Part shown: one piece after another, positions 39,301-48,763 of the stretch
Layout: every line of letters begins with the position of its first letter
Position numbering within the stretch: position 1 is the stretch's first letter
Source: Podarcis melisellensis
Lineage: Eukaryota
NCBI GenBank assembly: GCA_964234715.1
Contig: OZ174276.1
Direction: 5' to 3' (one strand)
Length of the DNA stretch: 64,000 bases
Notes under the pieces: generated by a model
The model's input: only the letters and a program-made list of their open reading frames with translations
What the model was told of the DNA's origin: nothing
Database searches by the model: none
Position numbers and translations under genes: made by a program

Positions 39301-39523
39301 ACAAGTTCCATCACATTCAGAAGGAGGCATAAAGTCTATCAAAAAGGATTTCTCAAGGATTCATATAAAGTGATCATCTCATACATGTAACAAAAATAAT
39401 TTTTGTAGCATAAAGTTAGAGCAGCAAAACTGAAATGAAACTTACCCTCTTGAAGTAGTTTGCTAACTCATCTGGGGACCAGCGGGCCACTTCTGAGCGA
39501 TAGGGAGTGTTTCGTGAATCCAT
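6196..39523 (-). CDS. LCP2: Lymphocyte cytosolic protein 2 (SLP-76), 21 coding exons, 1575 nt / 524 aa (whole-gene span)
   Basis: Spliced translation from MDSRNTPYRSEVARWSPDELANYFKR to CLLTYTAGSL* follows human SLP-76 along its length. All introns are GT-AG, phases agree, and the total length is divisible by 3. Confidence 0.97.
6615..6770 (-). CDS. LCP2: LCP2 exon 20 (156 nt), SH2 core
   Basis: DGTFLVRDSSTKAADQPYVLMVLYSAKVYNIPIRFQLEDKVYILGTSSKGNE; FLVRDS signature. Confidence 0.97.
6938..7015 (-). CDS. LCP2: LCP2 exon 19 (78 nt), start of SH2
   Basis: LPLNQEWYAADITRTDAEAALRTINQ; human NSLNEEWYVSYITRPEAEAALRKINQ. Confidence 0.94.
8299..8532 (+). mobile_element. Penelope-like element pLTR fragment with degenerate hammerhead motif
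   Basis: Same family as 15966-16382; ribozyme region mutated (ctgaagaattgtgcatgcacatgaaactc). Confidence 0.75.
8659..8882 (-). mobile_element. Tc1/mariner MITE, divergent subfamily
   Basis: TA TSD; TIR cagtggtacctctggttatgaa...ttcataaccagaggtaccactg. Confidence 0.85.
9579..9700 (-). CDS. LCP2: LCP2 exon 18 (122 nt)
   Basis: SNIGRTASKGPADGRPPLPIPNRPFTHSLNAENEAMDQYHK; human EGRNFPLPLPNKP; donor position less certain. Confidence 0.8.
10346..10389 (-). CDS. LCP2: LCP2 exon 17 (44 nt), S376-equivalent motif
   Basis: STLSSSGSLPPHFQP; human QSASLPPYFSQ. Confidence 0.9.
10715..10956 (+). mobile_element. Tc1/mariner MITE
   Basis: TA TSD; TIR cagtggtacctcgggtta. Confidence 0.85.
11115..11235 (-). 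CDS. LCP2: LCP2 exon 16 (121 nt)
   Basis: NIHHRSVPQPFLQCNTFPIRSPKPHSKQSLLPPKTIPGAE; human VHQRPLPQP...SNTFPSRSTKP. Confidence 0.92.
11735..11962. repeat. Degenerate GC-rich tandem array, ~8 units with a C(C/T)GTATGG core
   Basis: Recurring ctgtatgg/ccgtatgg/ccgtacgg followed by gatgccgc-like words at 20-39 nt spacing. Confidence 0.7.
11963..12040 (-). mobile_element. Sauria SINE tRNA-derived head only
   Basis: Matches the heads of the SINEs at 13267-14002 (A-box, B-box ggttcgaatcc). Confidence 0.8.
12391..12403 (-). CDS. LCP2: LCP2 exon 15, 13-nt microexon
   Basis: gctaac branch point, (ttc)n tract, cag|ATGGAAGATGGCA|gtatgt; MEDG vs human DEDD. Confidence 0.83.
12866..12896 (-). CDS. LCP2: LCP2 exon 14 (31 nt)
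   Basis: NNQIAERKTE; tag/gtaagt; phase 2 to 0 fits. Confidence 0.83.
13267..13629 (-). mobile_element. Full-length Sauria SINE
   Basis: (ACCTTT)n tail, tRNA-like head, TSD taatagctta. Confidence 0.9.
13642..14002 (-). mobile_element. Full-length Sauria SINE, tandem to the previous copy
   Basis: (ACCTTT)n tail, tRNA-like head, TSD aataatagctta. Confidence 0.9.
14909..15004 (-). CDS. LCP2: LCP2 exon 13 (96 nt)
   Basis: KELEKIQKPPVPSADSYDRNNAASRRMPPPIK; human HLPKIQKPPLP. Confidence 0.92.
15109..15128 (-). CDS. LCP2: LCP2 exon 12 (20 nt)
   Basis: PLTPQLR; tag/gtaaat; aligns with human PSIPAGR. Confidence 0.8.
15232..15239 (-). CDS. LCP2: LCP2 exon 11, 8-nt microexon (G-K-M)
   Basis: ctaat branch point, long T/C tract, then cag|GCAAAATG|gtaaga; needed to move from phase 1 to phase 0 between exons 10 and 12. 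Confidence 0.75.
15966..16382. mobile_element. Penelope-like element insertion made of two inverted pLTR copies, 12-bp TSD
   Basis: 16001-16160 is the near-perfect reverse complement of 16224-16383; TSD tccccatttatg at 15954-15965 and 16382-16393; ends resemble reptile Penelope termini (ttagttggtctctaaggtgctactgga). Confidence 0.85.
16061..16098 (-). ncRNA. Minimal type I hammerhead ribozyme motif (Penelope-associated)
   Basis: GUAU-CUGAAGA-A-GUGUG(CAUG)CACAC-GAAA-GC-UC/AUAC: 4-bp stem I, core boxes, stem II hairpin, palindromic AGCU stem III. Confidence 0.65.
16456..16530 (-). CDS. LCP2: LCP2 exon 10 (75 nt), Gads-binding RxxK motif
   Basis: PPIDRSKKPSLEKSGPPFDRDILRS; human PSIDRSTKPPLDRSLAPFDRE. 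Confidence 0.93.
17032..17098 (-). CDS. LCP2: LCP2 exon 9 (67 nt)
   Basis: PHFLSPSSNNESIREKSIKPFT; cag/gtaagt; phase 0 to 1 fits. Confidence 0.85.
17618..17721 (-). CDS. LCP2: LCP2 exon 8 (104 nt), proline-rich P-I region
   Basis: DRQPAERSKISTQPPIPPKRPESSPVPPSGGRSPG; human QPPVPPQRP. Confidence 0.92.
18089..18281 (-). CDS. LCP2: LCP2 exon 7 (193 nt), acidic region with the three phosphotyrosine motifs
   Basis: DESDDDYESPDDPEHEDGVDYETPNDQDGAEDEADYEPPPSND...ASEYI; cag/gtaac boundaries. Confidence 0.97.
18555..18687. mobile_element. Old hAT-type MITE related to 26144-26279
   Basis: cagggatagccaac...gttggctacacctg termini; shared ggactacaactcccatcatccctga core. Confidence 0.6.
20141..20178 (-). 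CDS. LCP2: LCP2 exon 6 (38 nt)
   Basis: EYRQDEGDGWSSF; tag/gtaagt; human EEDNGGWSSF. Confidence 0.93.
20601..22529 (+). mobile_element. 5'-truncated LINE (RTE-X-like), RT plus C-terminal CCHC, disrupted; antisense in LCP2 intron 5
   Basis: RT motifs QAGFR, FIDLKAAFDSI, GVRQGCILAP, LLYADD; zinc-knuckle-like CACD...ESLYHILFNC; AATAAA plus (ATCT)n tail; 13-bp TSD agtattcaattct (20588-20600, 22530-22542). Confidence 0.9.
23807..23838 (-). CDS. LCP2: LCP2 exon 5 (32 nt)
   Basis: SQTQKVPENP; cag/gtaaat; phase 2 to 1 bridges exons 4 and 6. Confidence 0.85.
24621..24775. other. Assembly gap (155 N) in LCP2 intron 4
   Basis: Run of N. Confidence 1.
24780..25230 (-). mobile_element. L2-type LINE fragment
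   Basis: LDYWNELCMGLPLGLIQRLQLMQKAASRL resembles the L2 ORF2 motif LDYCNxLxxGLP...LQLVQNAAARL. Confidence 0.7.
25603..25668 (-). CDS. LCP2: LCP2 exon 4 (66 nt)
   Basis: ILSKLSQEINRHEERKSFFPKR; tag/gtagg boundaries. Confidence 0.95.
26144..26279. mobile_element. hAT-type palindromic MITE, 136 bp
   Basis: TIR caggcatggccaaact; almost fully self-complementary; 8-bp TSD tcatagac/tcatggac. Confidence 0.88.
26736..26970 (+). mobile_element. Sauria SINE, truncated older copy
   Basis: B-box gttcgaatcc and the ctcctgccaacctagcagtttgaaagc body. Confidence 0.8.
27800..28445 (-). mobile_element. CR1 LINE RT fragment
   Basis: SIPGKVLQQIIKQ...QHRFLKNKSCQTNLISF is typical of CR1 ORF2. Confidence 0.8.
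28594..28925. mobile_element. L2-like 3' tail (minus) joined to a CR1-associated 3' end (plus)
   Basis: tttattatttgtaccctggccatctggc... then gctggaccagatggccc...tgatccagcagg; related sequence at 32420-32500 and 13100-13160. Confidence 0.45.
30711..30952 (-). mobile_element. Tc1/mariner MITE
   Basis: TA TSD; reverse complement of the copy at 10715. Confidence 0.85.
34853..34899 (-). CDS. LCP2: LCP2 exon 3 (47 nt)
   Basis: NMSENDIQKFPKLRMP; cag/gtaag boundaries. Confidence 0.95.
35225..35287 (-). CDS. LCP2: LCP2 exon 2 (63 nt)
   Basis: LNFKDCEKVARKYNITGQRFL; cag/gtaag boundaries. Confidence 0.95.
35897..36138 (+). mobile_element. Tc1/mariner MITE
   Basis: TA TSD; TIR cagtggtacctcgggtta. Confidence 0.85.
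39446..39523 (-). CDS. LCP2: LCP2 exon 1 (78 nt), start of SAM domain
   Basis: MDSRNTPYRSEVARWSPDELANYFKR then gtaag; human MALRNVPFRSEVLGWDPDSLADYFKK. Confidence 0.95.
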
Positions 39524-39870
39524 TTCTCCTCTTCTTGCCTAGCCAGTTACAAGCCTGTTAATGCCTATCTTGGGAGTGATCCAAGAACAGGACTCATCCC
39601 ACACAGTGACCCTGGTAAATTCCCAAGTTTTTTTCTTTCTTCAAAACTGTGCTGCAAATAAACTGCTCAGAGCAACAGCTTCCGGTGTGAACCAAACGGT
39701 TTCTTTTCTTTCTCAGAAAACCCGTCAGCTAGTTAGTCAACTCCACCACTTCCTTTTTCTGAATCTAAATACGTAAACAAGGAACCACGGGGCTCAATCC
39801 TACCATTGCAAAAGAAGGGTTTACAGTGACAAGGAAGAAATGATATGACCCAGGAAACTTTCCCCCCTGT
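39524..39870 (-). promoter_or_regulatory. LCP2 5'UTR / proximal promoter with haematopoietic TF motifs
   Basis: Immediately upstream of the ATG: ETS ACCGGAAG (39679-39686), PU.1-like AAAAAGGAAGTG (39747-39758), FOX GTAAACAA (39773-39780), NF-kB-like GGAAACTTTCC (39853-39863). Confidence 0.55.
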
Positions 39871-40940
39871 CCAATGTGAAGCAAAGCTAGGGGTCACTGA
39901 TGTCTGGGTCTACACACATTAAAAAGAATGCGATGGCAAAGTTCTGAGCTGGTAGAGGTGTTAATACCCCCCACATTACAAGCAGGGATTATATTTTCGA
40001 ATGCTCTACTTAGAAACATAGTTGCAGCAAAGAGAAATTAGCACAGTAGAGAGAACACTAAGCCAAATCTCCCTCCCACCCCCCGTCATATTTTTTGTTT
40101 TCATTTTCTGTAGAGAGCTTTAATGTGGGGGAACATTAATATAGGGGAACATTAGAAATGTGAGGTGCATCCATACAGACTGAAATGGTACAGCCCACTC
40201 TACCAAATCAAGATTCTATCATCTTGTTCTGCTTTGTCTTTAGACCAGGCCTCAGCCTATGTCATTATCCCCAAAATGGTGAAGGTAAGGCTTATTCAGT
40301 TCTATAAAGAAAGGATTGACAGCAAATTCTCCGTATTACCACAAGAAGGCAGCAAAGTTCAATTAAATGCATTCACATACTGAATTTGTTCCTAACTTGA
40401 ACTAGGAGTAGGATAGATATGTTTGATGTTAAAAGGCCTTATTCCAGGTGTTAGAACCAAAGTGCAGAGTGAGCGGAACTTAGAGTATGAGGATAGTATC
40501 CCTAACCTATGCATCCCTTTGGCTTTTCAAACATTGCAGTCTGAAAAACGCGTGCTAGGGAGACACACTGGGGCTTAGTTCTATGTAAGAATGCATACAA
40601 GTACAGTCACCTTACTCCTTGTGATCACTGGTGGAGGAAGGCAGGTGCGGGGAGTGCGGTGTGCACCGGGTGTCAGCAGTGAGGGCGGGTAACATCGTTG
40701 CACCACCCCCCATTCTTGCTGCATGGGCGGCGGGCCACTAGGGCTGCTCAGGTGGCTAGCAGACCCCCCCATGCTCGCCATGCGGGCAGAAGGGGACTGG
40801 GGATGCTTGCCATGTGGGTGGCTAGCCCCGTCCCCGCGGGCAGCTAGCCCCACCCCCCGTGCTGCTCTGGGTGCCGGGGCAGGTAGCTCCGTCCCTGCTT
40901 GTGATTGAACCCACATTTGAAGACATCTACTGTTACATAT

Positions 40941-41187
40941 CTCCTGCCAACCTAGCAGTTCGAAAGCACATCAAAGTGCAAGTAGATAAATAGGTACCGC
41001 TCCGGCGGGAAGGTAAACGGCATTTTCGTGCACTGCTCTGGTTTGCCAGAAGTGGCTTAGACATGCTGGCCACATGACCTGGAAGCTGTACACCGGCTCC
41101 CTTGGCCAATAAAGCGAGATGAGCGCTGCAACCCCAGAGTCGGCCACGACTGGACCTAATGGTCAGGGGTCCCTTTACCTTTACCTT
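40941..41187 (+). mobile_element. 5'-truncated Sauria SINE
   Basis: (ACCTTT)n tail; TSD tactgttacatat/tattgttacatat. Confidence 0.88.
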
Positions 41188-42444
41188 TATTGTTACATAT
41201 AGCTTGTGCCTCAGACCATAATTTCAGTAGGAAATCCTTTGCTGGTCAAGTCAGTGAACAATGCTATTAGCCATAGCATTTAGCACACTAGGCTGGCAAT
41301 CCCAACCACACTTTCTGGAAAGTTGGGATGGTGGAGAAACTCAATTCAGTTTACATTTAAAGGCAAACTTGCTAAATTTATGCTTTCTGAAACAATACAT
41401 GAACCAAAACACAGCATGCCTTTGAAATTTGCACTTCTCCCAAGTTCTAGCCAAGTTGTTGCCATCCACTTCTCTTGAGAGAAAATGGAATATGCCTCCA
41501 GGGATGAAGTCAAAATGAAGTGACCTCCTTGGGTCTCAAGCCTGGGCAGTGTGTATGGAGGTTCTGGGCTGTTCCTACGACAAGACCCCCCACTTGCCCT
41601 TACTGATGTGGTCCAAAGTAAAGCAGAGCAATGCATTTGGCAGGAGCAGCGACAATGTAAGCTAACACTGTCTTAGGGACTACAGTCTGGATGTGTGTAG
41701 GATTTACTCCTTAGTTGTTTCTTTTCCCAAAGATGTCCCAAAGATGACCAAAGCATAATGGCATTCAGCACTCAGTTCTCACATGTAGCTCCTAGAAGTT
41801 ATCAGCATCTGACAGCAGCCACATCCTGGGAGACAGCTTTGACTGTCTGGCTAAGCCAGATGAGGGTAGTCAGTAGGTCTTAACACCTCAGTGAGTTAGG
41901 GACTTGTTTACCCCCTGCATGTGAAGACAGGCTCTGGCAGATTGAGCAGTGAGTTGAACAGTCAATAAAGTGGTTTCTGTATGTGCTGTACTGGGAAATG
42001 AGGGGCAGCTGGGGCTTGTTAAGCTAGGGAGGTAGCCCACCTAGGAGAAGGAAAACTTACCTTAGACCTCTGCTGCCTTGCAGCTATACTAATTTGTGAG
42101 AAAGACTCTGGAAGTAAACTCTGAATTCAGATAGACCCAGCACAGTGGTGGGTTGAGCCAAGGTCAAAATTAAGAAGTCACAGGTCTGTTGGGCAATCTA
42201 TAGTGGATTGGTGGGGTAAGCTTCGGCTTCACCACCCTTGAGCTATACAAATAAACTTAAGATCAGTCCACTCCAGACAAAGTGGATGTAATAGTAATGA
42301 GGGACTTAGTGGACTGCTTGGAAGGGGAAATGCCTTTCTAGAGTACTTCTGTATACAGACCTTTTCCTGAATAATTAAATAACCTCAGGGTGCTTTTAAC
42401 CATTATTTGACAGTACTATAACAGCACCCTCTGCTGGAATACAG

Positions 42445-42560
42445 AGGCATGACCATTGTCATCCATGCTTTAATAATCTTGAGATTCGACTACTGCAATG
42501 TGCTCTATCAGGGGCTGCCCATGAAGAAAGGTTGGAAAATGCAATAGGTACAGAACTCCA
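42445..42560 (+). mobile_element. L2 fragment
   Basis: HALIILRFDYCNVLYQGLPMK matches the L2 ORF2 motif. Confidence 0.6.
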
Positions 42561-43643
42561 GTCATATTGCTTTGGCCCTTAAATGGACCTCAGAATATTC
42601 TAGTAACCCGTGTAGCTGTTTAAGGACTAAAGCAATATGACTACAGTTCTGTACCCATTGCATTTTCCAACCTTTCTTCAGATACTGACTTTGATCTATT
42701 GTTCCCTAAAACTATACAGGAATTGTAATGAGCGCCCCAAATGAACCTCCCTAGAGTGTGTGATTAGATTTGACTTCATAAGAAGCAAACCCTTCTCAGT
42801 TGCTGCCACAGAACTTGTGTTTCCATAGGCTGTGAATTTAGCACCTGCTGTTCTAGTGTGCTGTGGGCATGTTCCGCTCAGCATGCAATATGAAGCAGCA
42901 GTTGTGGCTCCACACCCCCCCCCCCCATTGCCAGCAGCTATCTCAACAGCTGGCAGGGAACGTCATGTCTTCTCCCACCGGCAACTGGGATTTGAATTTC
43001 TCACCCACTGATCAATCACAAGCAGGCCCAGAGGCGGCGCTGACTGGGACTCTGTTGCTCCCTGGGGATATATTCAGGCCCACCTCCACGTTCGGTTGCC
43101 AGTTAGTCTCTCTCCCACCTCGTTAGCATGGTTTACTGTATGTCCTTGCTATGAAAGTTTAGGTCACAGGATTTGGGATCAGGAAGGATCAGGAAATAAT
43201 TTCTCCTCCAGGCAAATAGGGCCAGTCTGAGGTTTGTTTGTTTTTTGTTTTGTTTTTTTGCCTATCTCAGCAATTGTCACAACTTTGGGCAGATAAGGCA
43301 TTGGGTTGGATCCTTCATCAGTGGTGGAGGGAGTGTGATTTAATTGTCTGCCTTCCCCCTCCAAGGAAATGGGGGTATCTTGTTAAAAGTATCCTCGAGG
43401 AGGCTTCTGTCCCTACACCCAGATGGGGGTTGAGGGCCATAGCACTCCCCAAGGTGGCGGTCCTGATGGGTTGCTTCTATTTGATGTATGTCATAGGGCA
43501 ACCTTATCTCACAATCAACCTCCAATGGTCATCATCCATCATCCTGGATCATTCAGGATACACAATGCCTAAGCCAAAGCCTACTTACATTTGTAATAAA
43601 TAAAAGTTGTGGCCTGTATGATCCAAGAACATTGTACTATGAT

Positions 43644-43803
43644 CAGTGGCGTAGCATGGGTTGTCAGCACCTGGGGCAAGGCAAGTAATTTGCACCCCCT
43701 AACCCGTGGATTTGTGCCCCCTAACCGGTGGATTTGCGCCCCCTAACCCTAACCCCCAGATGTTGCGCCCGGCCCCCCCTGCACCCCCCACGCTACGCCA
43801 CTG
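43644..43803. mobile_element. hAT MITE with internal CCCTAA-containing repeats
   Basis: TIR cagtggcgtagc/gctacgccactg; perfect 8-bp TSD actatgat. Confidence 0.88.
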
Positions 43804-45411
43804 ACTATGATTATTCTACTTCTGCATCCCTCTGCCACCAGCTTCTTGGCAAGGGACTTACTGTGCCTGTGCGTGCAAGTAGCACTTTTCTTTCAACCCA
43901 TTTTCAGCTGCTAGCTTACATTGTCGCTGTTGGTTTGTGGTGTTAATTTTTCTGCTTTTTGTTCTTGACTTAATTTGAATCATTTTTTTGTTTTGTTTTA
44001 TGATTGCTTTATTTTTCTGTATTGGTGAAATGTGGGCTACAAAACTATTTAGTAGTGTATTATTACCAGCTGCCTGACAGAGAGAGGTAAGCTGTTACAT
44101 TAGCAATGAACTTGACTCACAGCATAGCTGGAGGTCTTGCCATGCTTGCCTCACTCAGCATATGCTGCTGCTGCATCTGTGCCAATGCAAGCCATTTTCT
44201 GGCAAGGCAGTAACCTAAAGACTTACGAAACATGTAGTATGTGCACAGTGTGCACTGGATTAGATTCTGTGCTGTATAGCTGCATCAATGGCATTCTCTG
44301 GTGTTAAATTCTATAAAAGAGTGAGTTCTGCTCAGCATTTCTACAGTACTGCCCATGAAAGATGAAAAGTCACTTTGGAATCTCTTATTTCAGCTTGACT
44401 CTGAGAATGCAACTTCGAACACAAGGTTAATATCCTTACTGAAGCTTATCTCTCTCAATATTTAAAAGTTTTGCAGAGTGATACAAAGGCATAATGAGAT
44501 TGAAAAAAATATCTATAACTTTGGAAAAGTGTCATGCATGGCAGACACCTTTTCTCCATAAATATTATGGGGCGATGATGTTGCATGCTGAGAGGTTCTA
44601 CAACTGAACTAACATCGGCAAGTATTTTATTTGCTCAGTGAAGCAGAAAACACATACATGCAAGAGCACTTTGGGAAGATGGATGCTCTTTCAGCAAGAT
44701 AGTCAAAATGAAGGAAGAAACTGGCCTTTAGCACATCAAGGCACAGCTTCATAGTTACACATGAATTTCTTTTGGGTTGCAAACTTTTCATTTTAATAGG
44801 TACGGTATGTTAATCAAATTGACATTTTAATTGATTAATTGGTGTGGGTAAAGTTTAATTAGGGGGCTGGAACTATGGACCCACTTGCTTATTTTTAAAA
44901 CTATTTTAGTTATGTTGTTCTACTTCAATTAACATTGAATAAAAGGTATAAAATATGGTCATTTCTTCTGATCAAAAGTGATTAAAAAACCTGTGCAAGC
45001 CATTTCACATGTCTTTCAACATCTCAGAAAAGTATTTATACTGGAGTTTTGATAGCATTCAATTGTATTTGCATTTAATTGGTTAACATGACAAATTATG
45101 AATCAACTGCAAATTGACCATCTTAGGACTTTTACCTGCCAGACTCAGAAGAGTGAAATGGGAACTGCAGATATCTTCTATCTGGATCTACAGAGGAGAG
45201 GCTGACCTAGGTTACACATTATTGTGCTGAATTTAGGACCCAGTATATTGTCTTTTGCCAAAGACTAAGTAAATGACTGCTTTTCTGCTGAGGCAGATCC
45301 TCTAGAATATGAAAATAGCAGTTCAAGATATTAGAAGCAAACAGCAAGAGGGTCCAATAATCTTCCAGTAAAGTTTAAATGGGTGTAATTCAGTTCGGAA
45401 GTTAATAGAAG

Positions 45412-46225
45412 TGTCAGAGCTGCCCAAGGTCCCAGCTCACAGAGGACCAACGCCAGTTCTTGTTATATACAAAAGTCTTTATTAAGGTTCAGTTTCGATT
45501 CCAAAGCCGCGGCGCGCAGCTCTACGTCTCTACCCTAGACCGCTGAATCTCCTCCCCCCAGACACCAGTTCAAGACCCTACCCTTGTTCCACCTCTTCCT
45601 TTGCTCCTTTCTCCTCTGGGTCCTTCTGCCCGCCGGGGTGTTGCCCTTTCTGGACTCTTCTGATGCTGAAGAGTCTCCGGATTCTTCCCCCTCCCTCCGG
45701 CGTGCTTTAGGACCTGGCTCCCAATCCTCGCTCCCAGCTGTCCCGCGCGCCTGTGTATTTGAACTTGGCGTGCGCGCCCAGCCTGCAACTTTCCTCCTGA
45801 CCGTTACGCTGCTTCTGTCACTGCTTCCCCCTTCGGGGGGGCTCGCTGGATCTGACTTCCCCTCTATTTCCTCACTCAGCGACAGGGGCGTGGTCAGCCC
45901 TGCCTCATCTTCTCTTTCCCCTGGAGTGGAAACCAGTCCTGACATCTGGGACTCTTCCCCCCCGCTACGCTCTGGTGGGGAAACTGGTCCCGATCTCCAG
46001 CTGCTGCTTTGGGAGTCACCGCTGGCTCCTTGCTCCTGGTGCCTCCCTCCCGGGAACCCCCTTGCCCTGGCTATGGGTGCCCCCTTCTGTGAATCTTCCG
46101 ACTCACTGGACAGACTCATGGAATCTCTTGCCCCACTGTCTTCCTCACCTACACTGCCCTCGGATTGTTCCCTTTCGCTCTCCGCTTCCTCCTTCTCCTG
46201 TGCCTCCACTCCTGAACCCCTGACA
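45412..46225 (-). mobile_element. Solo LTR, 814 bp (Gypsy- or ERV-L-like)
   Basis: TGTCA...TGACA termini; 5-bp TSD agaag (45407-45411, 46226-46230); minus-strand AATAAA at 45478-45483; CpG-rich. Confidence 0.85.
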
Positions 46226-47029
46226 AGAAGCAACAAGAACCAAGTGACCAGAAGGATTTCCTTCCTTCATACTGCACTTTCAAAGCATCTGCTGTGAGGG
46301 ATTTCCCCCCCTTTTTTGGTACCACTGTCTTTAAAAATTGTGTGTGTGTGTGTGTAAAACATGTTATATTTTTTTTAAAGGCTTAGTGTCATTCTGTGAA
46401 TATTTTTTGCGACATTACAATATATGATGCCAGACTTTACTGTCGTGAACAATGATTTGGTTCAGCTTTATAATTCGGTTTACAATGGGGTAACTTGAAC
46501 TGAGAACCAGCAACCCTCTTTAAACATTCTCTAACCAAGCTTTGTGAACACATGAGGCAGGGGGCCCATGGGGACAAGTGTGTTTTCAATCCCTGTCATA
46601 TTGGAAGTCATGTAAGACTGTCTGAAGTTGGGGCTCCTGTTCATGTGGAAGCTCCCACGCATTTTAAAACCTAGACTTTCCATGGTTCTAAAACACATGA
46701 AGAACCTCTGCAAGCCTGTTTGCTGAACTCGTTTGGAGTATTCCTGAAGAGGGCCAGTGACTTCCCCAATTTAATACAATAAGTCAATGTCTGAGAGAGA
46801 ATTTTAACTCAGCTCTGCATCCCACATCTTTCCCACCAAGCCACATAAACCACATCTCCTTATGTGTTCGCATGAAGATTAGAAATGGCAGAAGCAGCTC
46901 CCATTAAAGCTCAGCTGAAGTTGAGTAGAGAAAAGAAGCTATGGTTGATGGAGAAGTTGGATAGAGGTCTTATAAAAGTATAACAATCTGGGTACACTTG
47001 GCAAGAAAGTATGATTTCCCAATTGATAA

Positions 47030-47031
<2 letters not shown>

Positions 47032-47077
<46 letters not shown>
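47032..47077. repeat. (TG)n microsatellite
   Basis: Direct reading; other (CA/TG)n runs near 33997, 46338, 48164, 48721, 56304 and 60190. Confidence 0.95.
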
Positions 47078-47082
<5 letters not shown>

Positions 47083-48719
47083 TAACAAGCCTCAAACTTA
47101 AAGAACATGTCTGGTATGTACAGTATATAATTGATTTGTTTTGACTGTCCTTTAATTTAACAAATGTAGGTATGATTGGAATATTAAAACAGCTGTACAG
47201 AAAATGGGTTGGGTTCATTTAAAAAAAGAATGTGTTAGTGCAGAACTACATGCTCAGAAAAAGCATGTTGTACAATCCAATGAGACTGTGGTACTTCAGA
47301 ATCGAGCAGGGGGAGGGGGTGCTGCATGTTTCAGTATTCTCAGTTGTAAACACATTTCCTGCCCTTAGAAATCTAGCATGTGTCTGGTTCTTCCTGACAT
47401 GAAAGTTATTTTTAAAGCCAAATAAAAATCATTTGGAAGCATTCTAACATACCACCCCCATATTGAATTCTTCAGTGATAAAATGCCAGGAGGGTTGTGT
47501 TTCTCACATTTTTCATACCTGGTTACCAAAGGATTTCCCCTTTAAGAACAAGAATTTCTATTACCTATTAGCATTATCTGTTAGCTGGTGCCGATAACAA
47601 ACGAACATCTAAACTCCAAGAGAAGGTGTCTGGGCACTCTCCATTCATTACCAACTATACATTTTTAATAGCATTAACATAAATGCACCTTTTAGTTGTC
47701 TGCAGATAGTTTAATGAATAATTAATTACCTTGAATTTTTTTTAAGTTTGATTTTGTTTGCCACTCTCTTAGTTATATAGAGCAGAAAAGTCAAACTTAA
47801 ACAGCCCCTACTCTCCACTATAACGTCCAATTGTATGGAATTATTCATGGAAGACCATGTCGCTTGAAAAGATGCTTGTGTTAACATGGCTCAGATGGTC
47901 GGTACACGAAATGCAATGCCTGAAAGCATCTGGATGGTGCTTTAAAGAAGGTGGCCCACATCCCTCTTACATTGGCAAAGTGCTTAACATGAGAGGGGGA
48001 AGGATGTGATTGCGCTGTAGATTTAGAGCTGCCACTTTATTAAAGACATCTGCAGTACAATCATTTGGGGAGTGGTTGTTGTTTGATTGCATTGTATTAT
48101 AGTTTTACGTAATATTGCATTGCATTACACTGTAGTTTCTCAGTTTCATTGTTTGTTTTATTTACACACACACACACACACACACACAAGTTATTTTGTA
48201 AGCCACTAAGAGGCTCATAGCTGTCAACGTATCCCTTTTTTTTAAGGGAAATTCCCTTATTCCTAATAGGATTCCTTGCAAGAAAAGAGAAAAGTTGACA
48301 ACTATGAAGAGGCTATCTTAAATACTGAGCAATGTATAAATGTATTAAATAAAACATCATCAACATTCAGCCTTCCCTATATTTTTAAGATGCGGAAAGG
48401 ATCACTTCATTTCAATGTTAAAAAATATTAAAGGGGCAGCCTGCATTTTGGTGGGAGTGTCACCTACCTGCAGTTGCAAGCAGCTTTCATGCCAACAACT
48501 AAACCATTAAAATTCTAGCTTTTTATTTTCATATGTGACACACACCCACCGGTGGAATCTATACACATGATAAAAACATTGTGAAAATGCTTTTTTAAAA
48601 AAATGGTTTTGAAAAAGGCACAGAATTTGCTGCTGCTCATAGTTACCATCTAGTGCCACAATTGTATATTGCACTTTACAACACATTCAAAAAAAATTAT
48701 TTGCAGCTGTATAGCTGAG

Positions 48720-48763
<44 letters not shown>

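Noticed and set aside
40581-40916. GC-rich patch and ORFs as an upstream LCP2 exon or CpG island
   Set aside because: Looks like a decayed DNA-transposon fragment; no splice or homology support.
43100-43635. Possible second solo LTR
   Set aside because: AATAAA-containing, LTR-like text, but no clear TG...CA ends or TSD found.
45584-46297. 237-aa plus-strand ORF
   Set aside because: Antisense shadow of the low-complexity LTR frame, with no recognisable domain.
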